In this document: positions 14,401 to 27,600 of the stretch, piece after piece
Position numbering within the stretch: the stretch's first letter is position 1
How the letters are laid out: the number at the start of each line of letters is the position of its first letter
Assembly: GCA_977016875.1 (NCBI GenBank)
Contig: CDRNST010000002.1
Location: 496,001-560,000 of the forward strand
Reading direction: 5' to 3'
DNA: 64,000 nucleotides
From: Pavona decussata
Taxonomy: Eukaryota
Program-made: the position numbers and the translations under genes
The notes under the pieces: model-generated
The model's database searches: none
What the model was told of the DNA's origin: nothing
Seen by the model: the letters and a program-made list of their open reading frames with translations, nothing else

Positions 14401-17400
14401 GCCTTAGCCAGAATTTCTTGTCTGTATTGTGTAAGGTTCTCGTTTATGAAGATTCTTCCTTCTGTATCTCCCTGTGTTGACCCGATGATCTCTGTAGTAT
14501 TCGCTTCTTTTAAATTAACTCTTCCTTTATAAAATTCTCGTCTCTTCTTGTATGTAGTGAAGCGAACAATTATGGGTTTAATGGCTGGCGACTTTCGGTA
14601 CAGTTGATGTACAATGTCAATGTCCTCGGTTGTTACATTTACTGACATTCTTTGGCCCGTTTTGATGACAATGTCTTGCAGGTTTTCACCTTCGAATTCT
14701 GGAATGCCATGGATTTCGATATTAAATTTACGCGTATATTGCTCTAAGGCATCGTGCTCGTATTCAAGTGTTTGCACTCTCTTTCCCAAATCAAATACTT
14801 CGCTATGTAAAGCGTTGTTTGTTGAAACCAGTTTCTCATTTTGCGTTTTGAGCGCATCTACCATTTCAGCGTGAAATTGCATCGAGGTCTTCAAATTTTC
14901 CACGTCCTTTCTTAGTTCCTGATTGTCGTTTAATATCGTTGTAACATCAGCTTGTATTTTCATTAATACTTGCCATATTTGGCCGATACTTGGTTCTTCA
15001 CTCACCGAATGTAACGCTTGTGCCGACATGATGGCCGGGATGTCACACCTCGTGGCGTCTGTCAAATTGGATTTCTTTGCTGCGGGAGAGTTTTCGTCGC
15101 TGGAGGACGCGCTGCTTGCTTAACTCTGTTTCCTTTGTCGGTTACGCTTCTTGTTTGTCATCATATATACTGTTTGCTTTCATTTTTTTCGGCTTTAAGG
15201 AGGCGAAAAGGGCGCTCTACAGCGAAACGCGTCTGTTCCCTGTGACCATCTCGTCCCAGTCCAAAAAACTGTGGATGTTAAGTACTTTACTCGGATTGCT
15301 TGTACGCTTTAGTGCGAACTATTCATTTGCCAATTCATAAATTTGACATAAATTACATATATTACCACGTTTTTCAATTTTCACATTCTTATGTATGCAT
15401 CTATGTTGTTAAATACTGTACTTTTCATTTCCAAAGGTAGTTTCTCAATAAAGTTATAAGTTTGAGTATTTAGCCTTTGAAACCAACGGCGAAAATGAAA
15501 CTCATAAAATACATTTACCAACCACAGATCTGAAGTCAGATTTCTACAAAAGACCTGTAGACCAGATGGGGTTCGAGAGATCAACGCGGCCAACCAGACG
15601 CCTTCTATTGTCACTAAAGGTTTGTTGCCTTTTTTGTGCAAAGAAAGGAGATGTAGAGAGTTACCAGGCTTTTCCACGCAGAGATTGCAAGCGAGGAAAC
15701 TATTAAGCAGGAATTTGGAAACGTTGCTTGCAGCAGGATCCACAAGTTTCAACCCCTATTGGACGTGGGATGGAAGATGGAGCAAAAAGGAGGAGTTGAA
15801 AAGTTAGTCATCGACTGGATGGATGGCATCAGAAGCCATCTTGGACCTATTATCCTGTAACTGCACGAGGAAATGTGCAGCACCAAATTGCGTGTGTGTG
15901 GTCAATGGGTGAAGGTGCACAGATATGTGCAGACTCGCTACGTTTGCAGTTTTGAGTTTGGCATCCTACGAAACGAACTAAGCCTTTGGGACCTACAAAC
16001 GCGACCGCGTTGATGATAGCCCAATCATGTCGTGACCATCCCAAAAATGTTTTCACAGAGTATTTCTTTTTGTAACTGCATGATGCCTTCACAACAGCAA
16101 GATACGTTTTTCCCTGATTAATCACTCATTATTCTAGGATTGCTTTCATATCATTACATAGCGGTAATACTCTGCACTGTGCCACCTCACCTGCTGTCTC
16201 TAAACTGCTTTCCAAGTCGCTGATTCTTCTTTGCGGAAATGACGTCAGTAGAACAAAGTCAGTCGCGTTCGGACTGTCATTCAGAGGCCACAGCCTTCTA
16301 ACTTCCCTAAAGAAACAAACATATTAATTTTACCAAGGGCTACAGTGATTATAACCATTCTTCTCAAACTCATTAATAATTCAAAAGCCAAAGACAAAGG
16401 AAATCATGCACCGTGACGTGTTTGGATATCTGATGAAAAACTCCTCGTTTTGCATCCTTAATTTCTCCTTCAAAATCAGTTTGTTTGAGAAGTTGTATCA
16501 AACACTCGTCACAGTGTTTCATCACAAAATCAAAAACCTCGAAGTTTGTCAAAAATACTCCGCTACGCGTCGTATTTTCAACTCTCTTCTCGGTGTTTGA
16601 TGTGTGATGAAACACTGTGTCTCGTGTTTGATATATTACCTCAAACACAATCGTCATAGATACCAGTGTGAATGAAAGGACTTTAATTACGTCAAACGGT
16701 TAAGGATCAGGCGGGAAAAGACGACATTGGAGTGTAGCATAAGTGGGTACTAACTCTACTCATCGACGGTTAATGCGACAAACTAAAAGTCATTTAAGTC
16801 ATTGAGATAGAGCAATTTTCATTTCGCCTTGAAGCAACAACAACAACTACTACTGCTACAATATATTTGTACCAAAAACAAGAAAGAAATTACAATCAAT
16901 TAATTTTGATTTGAACAAGAAAGTTGGTAGCACGCCGATGGACGTGAAACAGAAATATCAGTTCATTTCTAGAAAGTTCTTAACCAACGGATCGAAACCA
17001 ACCAAAGGCCGCGCAAGTTTACTTTAGGTAAGTCTAACTACGTTAAACCAATGAAATTGTTATTATGCAATTAGTCTGCAAAAGGAAATCTGTCTAACGT
17101 CTTAAACTGAGATTATTTACTTCAATTATTAAAGGTATTAATTTGACTTTTAAGTCATTCAGTAAAGGTACTAGTGTTGGGTAAGAATATTAAAAGTATT
17201 TGAGTAACAAAAGCTTATTTGCTTCAAGAATCTATGGTAAAGAGTCCTAAAGGAGTATCAAGTTCGTAAATCAAAGGTATAGACCTTTTTCATAACTGGC
17301 AGCCGATAAATTATTCTTTTGTTTTCATGAAAATTAGCCCTACTAGCCTCGTCAGCATGTGCAAAATTCAAAAGAATTTTTACTCTGAAATGAGGTTAGT

Positions 17401-20400
17401 AGGGCTAACTAACATATATTGAAAAGAATAATAAATCGGCCGCCATTTATGAAAAAGGTCTATTAGTGTCATTTAAATTTTTTTAACTAATTACAAATGG
17501 TATTCGTTAGAGTTACAAAATCCTGTCTGCTTTAATTTGCGAAGGTATTAAGGTGACTTAAAGACTATTTACTTTATTTACTAAGACTATTGGTCTTACA
17601 AAACCAGTTTGCTTCATCCATTTAAGGTATTATTGTAACCAAAAGACTACAGCATTTAGCTAATTCACTAATATAAGGGTATTAAGAATTGCACATGCCT
17701 AACTACTTCATACAATAAGACATATATGTGACTTGTTACATTTAATTCATGTATGAAAGGTATTGGTGTGACAATAGAGCAAAGTATACTCTATATTCAT
17801 CAAAAGCATCAGACATTAGTGGATGAATAATGAATGAATTTCCTTTTTCGCATAAGAGTATCAAGTTAAATCATCAAAGAAATTAAATAGACAATTTACT
17901 AAAATTACCTAAAGATATTATTGTAACAAAAGTTTTTTTACTAAAACGGATACTTAATATAATCTCCAAAGGTGGTAGCGTCACTTAAGGTTATTTACTT
18001 CATTCATGAAAAGTTCAAAATAAAGGTACTGGCGTCACAAAAAAGTATTCACTTCATTCATTAAAGGATACTAGCGTCCCAAAAGTGTATTTGCTTCGTG
18101 CATCAAAGGTACAGTGTCACAAACGAGTACTTATTACGTTTACCAAAAGTATTAGTATCACATCAAAGTATTCAGTACGTTGATCAAAAAGTATAGTGTC
18201 ACATGGTAATATTCCTTTCTACGTTAAAACGACGGCTGTTGTCAGCGTTTTATAACATCGGAAGAAGCTTTCAATCTTGCTAAAGTTGCTATTTTGGCTT
18301 CATCCAAGCGAAAAGTAAATAGAGAAAAACGTCAAGCGTTTCGATGATTGTCCCTATGCATAAGCAAATTTTCAGTGATTACATTTGTTCTGGTGAAGCG
18401 ATCTTATCGCTCACACTGGACCCCGAATGATATTTACAATAGAGCAAAGTATACTCTATATTCATCAAAAGCATCAGACATTAGTGGATGAATAATGAAT
18501 GAATTTCCTTTTTCGCATAAGAGTATCAAGTTAAATCATCAAAGAAATTAAATAGACAATTTACTAAAATTACCTAAAGATATTATTGTAACAAAAGTTT
18601 TTTTACTAAAACGGATACTTAATATAATCTCCAAAGGTGGTAGCGTCACTTAAGGTTATTTACTTCATTCATGAAAAGTTCAAAATAAAGGTACTGGCGT
18701 CACAAAAAAGTATTCACTTCATTCATTAAAGGATACTAGCGTCCCAAAAGTGTATTTGCTTCGTGCATCAAAGGTACAGTGTCACAAACGAGTACTTATT
18801 ACGTTTACCAAAAGTATTAGTATCACATCAAAGTATTCAGTACGTTGATCAAAAAGTATAGTGTCACATGGTAATATTCCTTTCTACGTTAAAACGACGG
18901 CTGTTGTCAGCGTTTTATAACATCGGAAGAAGCTTTCAATCTTGCTAAAGTTGCTATTTTGGCTTCATCCAAGCGAAAAGTAAATAGAGAAAAACGTCAA
19001 GCGTTTCGATGATTGTCCCTATGCATAAGCAAATTTTCAGTGATTACATTTGTTCTGGTGAAGCGATCTTATCGCTCACACTGGACCCCGAATGATATTT
19101 ACTGCAAAGCTTAAGTTTTAGTTTCCTATTTTACCCTTCGCCTTTAACCCACGGACTTACCTTGAATATTTAAAGTTAATTAAACGTTTACATTTTGCGG
19201 CCGGAGATAGAAATGCGTCAAGTGTTGTGTTCGGCTGTATGTAAATAAGTGTTGACCTCCTGATCGTAACTGAGTCGATAACGTTTGACACCGAAGTAGA
19301 TTTATCGCACTGTGGAATTTCCTATTCTTTCAGTCATGTCGTTTACTTGGATTTTTGGGGTAAGCTCGTTTAAAGGTTTTCATGCTTACGTTTGATGTTT
19401 GCTGAAATGAGCAGTTCTGCCTATCGAAGTGCAGCCTCTCTCGCAGACGTTCTTTTGGCTCGTCACGCAATCGTTCCTCCCGAACGACACGAGCAATTTG
19501 CGAGGGAGGCGAATCGAAGTCGAACTCTTGGAAAATATCCGTCCTGAAAGAAAAGTTGCCCCTTAGTCTCCGTAAATGGAAGGATTTACCAGACACCACA
19601 CCTACTAGTTTTTTTCTTTTAAGAATACCTTTTTCGTTGAGTTGATTTTACGTCCTTCTTTTTCTTTTTCCCGTTATGGCGGCTAATGTAATATTAGCAC
19701 CCCAAAAAAGTATTTATTACATTAATTAAAGGTACTAACGTCACAAAAGAGTATTTACTTAGTTCATTAAAGATATTAGTGCCACGAAAAGAAAAAAAAA
19801 ACATCAAACGGGTATTTACTTAGTTCATCAAAGGTATTAGTGTAACAAAAAGGTATTTACTACATGAATTAAAGGTACTTGCGCCACAAAAGAGTATTTA
19901 CTTAGTTCATCAAAGGTACAAGCGTCACAAACGGGTATTTACTTAGTTCATCAAAGATATCGGTGACACAAAAAAGTATTTACTACCAACGTTAATTAAA
20001 GGTACTAGCGTCACAAAAGAGTATTTACTTAGTTCATCAAAGGTGCAAGCGTCACAAACAGGTATTTACCTAGTTCATCAAAGGTATTAGCGTCACAAAC
20101 GGGTATTTACTTAGTTTATTAAAGGTATTAGTGCCACAAAAAAGTATTTACTACGTTACTTAAAGGTACTAGCGTCACAAACGGGTATTAACTTAGTTCA
20201 TCAAAGGTACTAGCGTCACAAAAGAGTATTTACTTAGTTTATCAAAGGTATTTGTGTCACAAAAAATATTTACTACTTTAATTAAATTAAAGGTACTAGC
20301 GTCACAGCAGAGTACAAAAAGGTATAGTTAAGGTACAACTATCCAAAACGGGTATTTTCCTGATTCATTAAAAGATATTAGCGTCACAGAAATGAATTTA

Positions 20401-20612
20401 CTAGGTTCATAAAATGTAGTGTCACAAAAGAGTATTAGTACTAGTATTAAAGGTACTAGCGTCACAAACAGGTATTTACTTAGTTCATCAAGGTATTATT
20501 TAGTGTCACAAAAAAGTACTTACTACTATAATTAAATGAAAGTGAGAAGTGATCATCGCAGTGAATTTTCCAATTTATGCAATTGGAAATTGGAAGCCTG
20601 AAAAAAAATTCA

Positions 20613-20645
<33 letters not shown>

Positions 20646-20862
20646 GTTACCGGTGCGATGCTCTACCAACTGAGCTATGAAGCCACACATTGGGAGCAAG
20701 GTCAATTGTAGGTTCCCATTTTCCCGTGAGAGGAGTGAAACGATGTAAAGTATATGAAATAATTCATATATGAACTGCGGATATAGATGAAAGTGAGAAG
20801 TGATCATCGCAGTGAATTTTCCAATTTATGCAATTGGAAATTGGAAGCCTGAAAAAAATTCA

Positions 20863-20895
<33 letters not shown>

Positions 20896-21342
20896 GTTAC
20901 CGGTGCGATGCTCTACCAACTGAGCTATGAAGCCACACATTGGGAGCAAGGTCAATTGTAGGTTCCCATTTTCCCGTGAGAGGAGTGAAACGATGTAAAG
21001 TATATGAAATAATTCATATATGAAAGATGAAAGTGAGAAGTGATCATCGCAGTGAATTTTCCAATTTATGCAATTGGAAATTGGAAGCCTGAAAAAAATT
21101 CAGGCTTCAACGGGATTCGAACCCGTGAACTCCGCGTTACCGGTGCGATGCTCTACCAACTGAGCTATGAAGCCACACATTGGGAGCAAGGTCAATTGTA
21201 GGTTCCCATTTTCCCGTGAGAGGAGTGAAACGATGTAAAGTATATGAAATAATTCATATATGAAAGATGAAAGTGAGAAGTGATCATCGCAGTGAATTTT
21301 CCAATTTATGCAATTGGAAATTGGAAGCCTGAAAAAAATTCA

Positions 21343-21375
<33 letters not shown>

Positions 21376-21583
21376 GTTACCGGTGCGATGCTCTACCAAC
21401 TGAGCTATGAAGCCACACATTGGGAGCAAGGTCAATTGTAGGTTCCCATTTTCCCGTGAGAGGAGTGAAACGATGTAAAGTATATGAAATAATTCATATA
21501 TGAAAGATGAAAGTGAGAAGTGATCATCGCAGTGAATTTTCCAATTTATGCAATTGGAAATTGGAAGCCTGAAAAAAAATTCA

Positions 21584-21616
<33 letters not shown>

Positions 21617-24600
21617 GTTACCGGTGCGATGCTCTACCAACTGAGCTATGAAGCCACACATTGGGAGCAAGGTCAATTGTAGGTTCCCATTTTCCCGTGA
21701 GAGGAGTGAAACGATGTAAAGTATATGAAATAATTCATATATAACTATAATTAAAGGCACTTGCGTCACAAACGGGCATTTACTTTGTTCATCAAAGGCA
21801 TTACTGTCACAAAAAAGTATTTACTACGCTAATTAAAAATACTTGGGTCACAAACGGGAATTTACCTAGTTCATCAAAGGTACTAGCGTCACAAACAGGA
21901 ATTTACCTAGTTCATCAAAAGTAAGAGTGTCACAAACGGGTATTTACTTGGTTCATCAAAGGTATTAGTTTCACAAAAATATATTTACAAAGTTAATTTA
22001 AGGTACTTGCGCCACAAAAAAGTATTTACTTAGTTCATCAAAGGTACTAGCATCACAAACGTGTATTTACTTAGTCCATTAAAGTTACTAGCGTCAAAAA
22101 AGAGTATTTACTTAGTTCATCAAAGGTACTAGCGTCACAAAAGAGTTTATACTTAGTTCAGCAAAGTTACTAGCGTCACAAACGGGTATTTACTTAGCTT
22201 ATCAAAGGTATTATATTCACAAAAAAAGTATTTACTACGTTAATTAAAGGTACTAGAATCGCATACGGGTATTTACTTAGTTCATGAAAGGTATTAGTGT
22301 CACAAAAAAAGTATTTACTACATTAATTAAAAATACTAGCGTCACAAACGGGTGTTTACTTAGTTCACCAAAGGTACCATCGTCACAAAACGAGTATTTA
22401 CTTAGTTTATCAAAGATATTAGTGTCATAAAAAGGTATTTATTACGTTAATTAAAGATAAAAGCGTCACAAACGGGTATTTACTTGGTTCATCAAAGGTA
22501 TTAGTGTCACAAAAGAGTATTTACTATGTTAATTAAAGGTAAAAGCGTCACAAACGGGTATTTACTTAGTTCATTAAAAGTATTAGCGTCACAAACGGGT
22601 ATTTACTTCGTTAATCAAAGGTATTAGTGTCACCAAAAAACTATTTATTACGTTAGTTAAAGGTACAAATGTTACAAACGGGTATTTACTTAGTTCATCG
22701 AAGGTATTAGTGTCACAAAAAAGTATTTCCTACGTTATTTAAAGGTACAATCTTCACAAACGGGTATTTACTTAGTTTATCAAAAGTATTAGCGTCACAA
22801 ACAGGTATTTACTTAGTTCATGAAAGATATTAGTTTCACAAAAAAGTACTTCTCACGTTAATTAAAGGTACTAGCGTCACAAACGGATATTCACTTAGTT
22901 CATTAAAGGTAAAAGCGTCACAAACGGGTATTTACTTAGTTCATCAAAGGTAATAGTGTCACAAAAAAGTATTTACTTCGTTAATTAAAGGTAAAAGCGT
23001 CACAAACGGGTATTTACTTAGTTCATCAAAGGTAATAGTGTCACAAAAAAGTATTTACTACGTTAATTAAAGGTAAAAGCGTCACAAACGGGTATTTACT
23101 TAGTTCATCAAAGGTAATAGTGTCACAAAAAAGTATCTACTACGTTAATTAAAGGTAAAAGCGTCACAAACGGGTATTTACTTCGTTAATCAAAGGTATT
23201 AGTGTCACAAAAAAACTATTTATTGCGTTAGTTAAAGGTACAAACGTTACAAACGGGTATTTACTTAGTTCATCGAAGGTACCAGCGTCACAAACGGGTA
23301 TTTACTTGGTTCATCAAGGGTATTAGTGTCACAAAAGAGTATTTACTACGTTAATTAAAGGTACTAGCGTCACAAACGGGTACTTGCTTAGTTCATTAAA
23401 GGTACTAGCGCCACAAACGGGTATTTACTTAGCTAATCAAAGATATTAGTGTCATAATAAAGTATTTACTACGTTAATTAAAGGTACTAGCGTCACAAAC
23501 GGGTATTTACTTAGTTCATCAAAGGTACTAGCGTCACAAAAGGGTATTTACTTAGGACATCAAAGGTACTAGCGTCACAAAAGGGTATTTACTTAGGACA
23601 TCAAAGATATTAGTGTCACAATAAATTATTTACTTAGTTCATCAGAGGTATTTGCGTCACAAACGGGTATTTACTTGGTTCATTAAAGGTACTAGCGCCA
23701 CAAACAGGTATTTACTTAGCAAATCAAAGATATTAGTGTGAAAAAAAAACTATTTATTACGTTAGTTAAAGGTACAAACGTTACAAACGGGTATTTACTT
23801 AGTTCATCAAAGGTACTAGCGTCACAAAAGGGTATTTACTTAGGACATCAAAGATATTAGTGTCACAATAAATTATTTACTTAGTTCATCAGAGGTATTT
23901 GCGTCACAAACGGGTATTTACTTGGTTCATCAAAGGTATTAGTGTCACAAAAGAGTATTTACTATGTTAATTAAAGGCACTAGCGTCACAAACGGGTATT
24001 TGCTTAGTTCATAAAAGGTACTAGCACCACAAACGGGTATTTACTTAGCAAATCAAAGATATTAGTGTCACAAAAAAACTATTTATTACGTTAGTTAAAG
24101 GTACAAACGTTGAAAACGGGTATTTACTTAGTTCATCGAAGGTATTAGTGTCACAAAAAAGTATTTCCTACGTTATTTAAAGGTACAATCTTCACAAACG
24201 GGTACTTACTTAGTTTATCAAAAGTATTAGCGTCACAAACAGGTATTTACTTAGTTCATGAAAGATATTAGTTTCACAAAAAAGTACTTATCACGTTAAT
24301 TAAAGGTACTAGCGTCACAAACGGATATTTACTTAGTTCATTAAAGGTAAAAGCGTCACAAACGGGTATTTACTTAGTTCATCAAAGGTAATAGTGTCAC
24401 AGAAAAGTATTTACTACGTTAATTAAAGGTACAAGCGTCACAAAAGAGTATTTACTTTGTTCATCAAAAGTATTTGCGTCACAAACGGGTATTTATTTAG
24501 TTCATCAAAGATATTAGTGTCACAGAAAGGTATTTACTACGTTAATTAAAGGTACAAGCGTCACAAAAGAGTATTTACTTAGTTCATCAAAGGTACTAGA

Positions 24601-27600
24601 GTCACAATCAATTCAATTTTCCAATTCAATTTTTTTTAGTTTTTCACACGTACAACGAGATTCAATACAATACATATTACAAAGGAGGACTCAAAAGAAA
24701 TAGGATAAATTTGTTTGGTTTAGTGTGAGCAGTGCCTAAAGGAGCATGCTGCTTTCGAGTTGGGCACTGCTTACGATGGAAAAGAAAATTATTTCGGTGA
24801 AAGAGAAAATTATTTGGAAAGGTTTGGAAAAGAACAAGAGCGTGTTTAGTGAACGGATGACGGTGAAAAACTCTACATAACTTTTGGTTTATCAGCAAAT
24901 TTTTCCTGTATTTGGTTTTAAACGAAAAAGCGGAGTTTGATTGCTTAATGTTACAGTCTATTGTTTCCCATATCTGTGATGCTGCGAATCGAAATGTGTG
25001 TTTACCGTAGTTAGTACGTATTTTTAGTCTGCTAAAATTTTGTCGAGATGAAAATCAAGTATTGTACGAGTGCCGAGAGGATGCTGTGGAAATAAAGTTT
25101 GCAAAAACAAGACATATTTGATCATTTATTATTTTGAACGTGAAAATGGCAACCTTGAGTTTGAATGCATTGTCAATGGTTAGAATTCCCAGTAGATTGA
25201 AGTAAGCAGTAGCATTTTCTCTTTTGTGAGCAAAGAATATATTTTTTACACATTCGTTTTGGGCGGTGCAAATTTTGTTGAGATGGGTGGTGTAGGTGTT
25301 GCCCCAGCAAGTTGCCCTCGCTTTACCTGGTTCATCAAAGGTACTAGCGTCACAAACGGGTATTTACTTAGTTCGACAAAGGTACCAGCGTCACAAAAGA
25401 GTATTTACTTAGTTCGACAAAGGTACAAGCGTCAAAATCGGGTATTTAATTGGTTCATCAAAGGTACCAGCGTCACAAACGGGTATTTACTTAGTTCAAC
25501 AAAGGTACCAGCGTCACAAAAGAGTATTTACTTAGTTCGACAAAGGTACAAGCGTCAAAATCGGGTATTTAATTAGTTCATCAAAGGTACCAGCGTCACA
25601 AACGGGTATTTACTTAGTTCGACAAAGGTACAAGCGTCAAAATCGGGTATTTAATTAGTTCATCAAAGGTACTAGCGTCACAAACGGGTATTTACTTAGT
25701 TCGTCAAAGGTACTAGCGTCACAAACGGGTATTTACTTAGTTCATCAAAGGTATTAGTGTCTAAAAAAGTATTTGCTACTTTAATTAAAGGCACTTGCGT
25801 CACAAACGGGAACTTCCCTACTTCATCAAAGGCATTAGTGTCAAAAACGGGTATTTACCTAGTTCATCAAAGGTATTAGTGTCAAAAACGGGTATTTACT
25901 TAGTTCATCAAAGGAATTAGTGTCACAAAAAAGTATTTCCTACTTTGATTAAAGGTACTATTGTCACAAACGTGTATTTACTTAGTTCATCAAAGGTACC
26001 AGCGTCACAAACGGGTATTTCCTTAGTTCGTTAAAGGTACTAGCGTCACAAACGGGTATTTACTTGGTTCATCAAAGGTATTAGCGTCGCAAACGGGTAT
26101 TTACTTGGTTCATCAAAGGTATTAGTGTCACAAAAGAGTATTTACTACGTTAATTAAAGGTACTAGCGTCACAAACGGGTATTTGCTTAGTTCATTAAAG
26201 GTACTAGCGCCACAAACGGGTATTTACTTAGCTAATCAAAGATATTAGTGTCATAATAAAGTATTTATTACGTTAATTAAAGGTACTAGCGTCACAAACG
26301 GGTATTTACTTAGTTCATCAAAGGTACTAGCGTCACAAAAGGGTATTTACTTAGGAGATCAAAGATATTAGTGTCACAATAAATTATTTACTTAGTTCAT
26401 CAGAGGTATTTGCGTCACAAACGGGTATTTACTTGGTTCATTAAAGGTACTAGCGCCACAAACAGGTATTTACTTAGCAAATCAAAGATATTAGTGTGAA
26501 AAAAAAACTATTTATTACGTTAGTTAAAGGTACAAACGTTACAAACGGGTATTTACTTAGTTCATCAAAGGTACTAGCGTCACAAAAGGGTATTTACTTA
26601 GGACATCAAAGATATTAGTGTCACAATAAATTATTTACTTAGTTCATCAGAGGTATTTGCGTCACAAACGGGTATTTACTTGGTTCATTAAAGGTACTAG
26701 CGCCACAAACGGGTATTTACTTAGCAAATCAAAGATATTAGTGTGAAAAAAAAACTATTTATTACGTTAGTTAAAGGTACAAACGTTACAAACGGGTATT
26801 TACTTAGTTCATCGAAGGTATTAGTGTCACAAAAAAGTATTTCCTACGTTATTTAAAGGTACAATCTTCACAAACGGGTATTTACTTAGTTTATCAAAAG
26901 TATTAGCGTCACAAACAGGTATTTACTTAGTTCATGAAAGATATTAGTTTCACAAAAAAGTACTTATCACGTTAGTTAAAGGTACTAACGTCACAAATGG
27001 GTATTTACTTAGTTCATCAAAGGTATTAGTGTCACAGAAGAGCATTTACTTAGTTCATCAAAGGTATTAGTGTCACAAAAGAGTATTTACTTTGTTCATC
27101 AAAAGTATTTGCGTCACAAACGGGTATTTATTTAGTTCATCAAAGATATTAGTGTCACAGAAAAGTATTTACTACGTTAATTAAAGGTACAAGCGTCACA
27201 AAAGAGTATTTACTTAGTTCATCAAAGGTACTAGAGTCACAAACGGGTATTTACTTAGTTCATTAAAGGTAAAAGCGTCACAAACGGGTATTTACTTAGT
27301 TCATCAAAGGTAATAGTGTCACAAAAAAGTATTTACTACGTTAATTAAAGGTAAAAGCGTCACAAACGGGTTGTTGCGGTTTTTGTTAATTTACACTTTT
27401 CTATGTAGTTTTTGTTTTCCGCATCTTTATACGTGTTAATTGTGTCCTGCACCCTTCATTCCTTCCTGAACAATTTTTCGCACTATATGTAAATTCAGTG
27501 GTATATAATATTTTCAACACTTTCATTTTATCACTCACCCACCTAAATCCAGCAATTGGTAAGTGTTTTTTCAGTCGTCCTGTTTTTTGGTTTCAGTTGT

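Larger units (their letters stand above)
2224..15262 (-). mobile_element. Full-length Tx1/L1-type LINE (ORF1 + EN-RT ORF2), interrupted by an LTR retrotransposon
   Basis: Poly(A) tail (T-run at ~2222-2244). Target-site duplication aaaaaactgtggatgtt at 2207-2223 and 15263-15279, with a TT/AA-type cut site. ORF2 carries an APE endonuclease and an RT with YADD; ORF1 lies at 14268-15164. Confidence 0.9.

Noticed and set aside
15381-15850. 123-aa minus-strand ORF as a gene
   Set aside because: In-frame stops upstream, no recognisable domain and no consistent exon chain; possibly a decayed element.
19161-19321. Open minus-strand segment with a good donor (AAG|gtaagt) as an extra exon of the UBX gene
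   Set aside because: The acceptor lacks a pyrimidine tract, the peptide has no UBX similarity, and exons 39804-39853 and 16191-16306 already join into a complete UBX domain.
20613-21655. Five genuine tRNA-Thr(GGT) genes
   Set aside because: C at position 33, a mismatch in the anticodon stem and a G34 Thr anticodon atypical for eukaryotes; the cores are embedded in a TSD-flanked repeat. Treated as tRNA-like mobile units.
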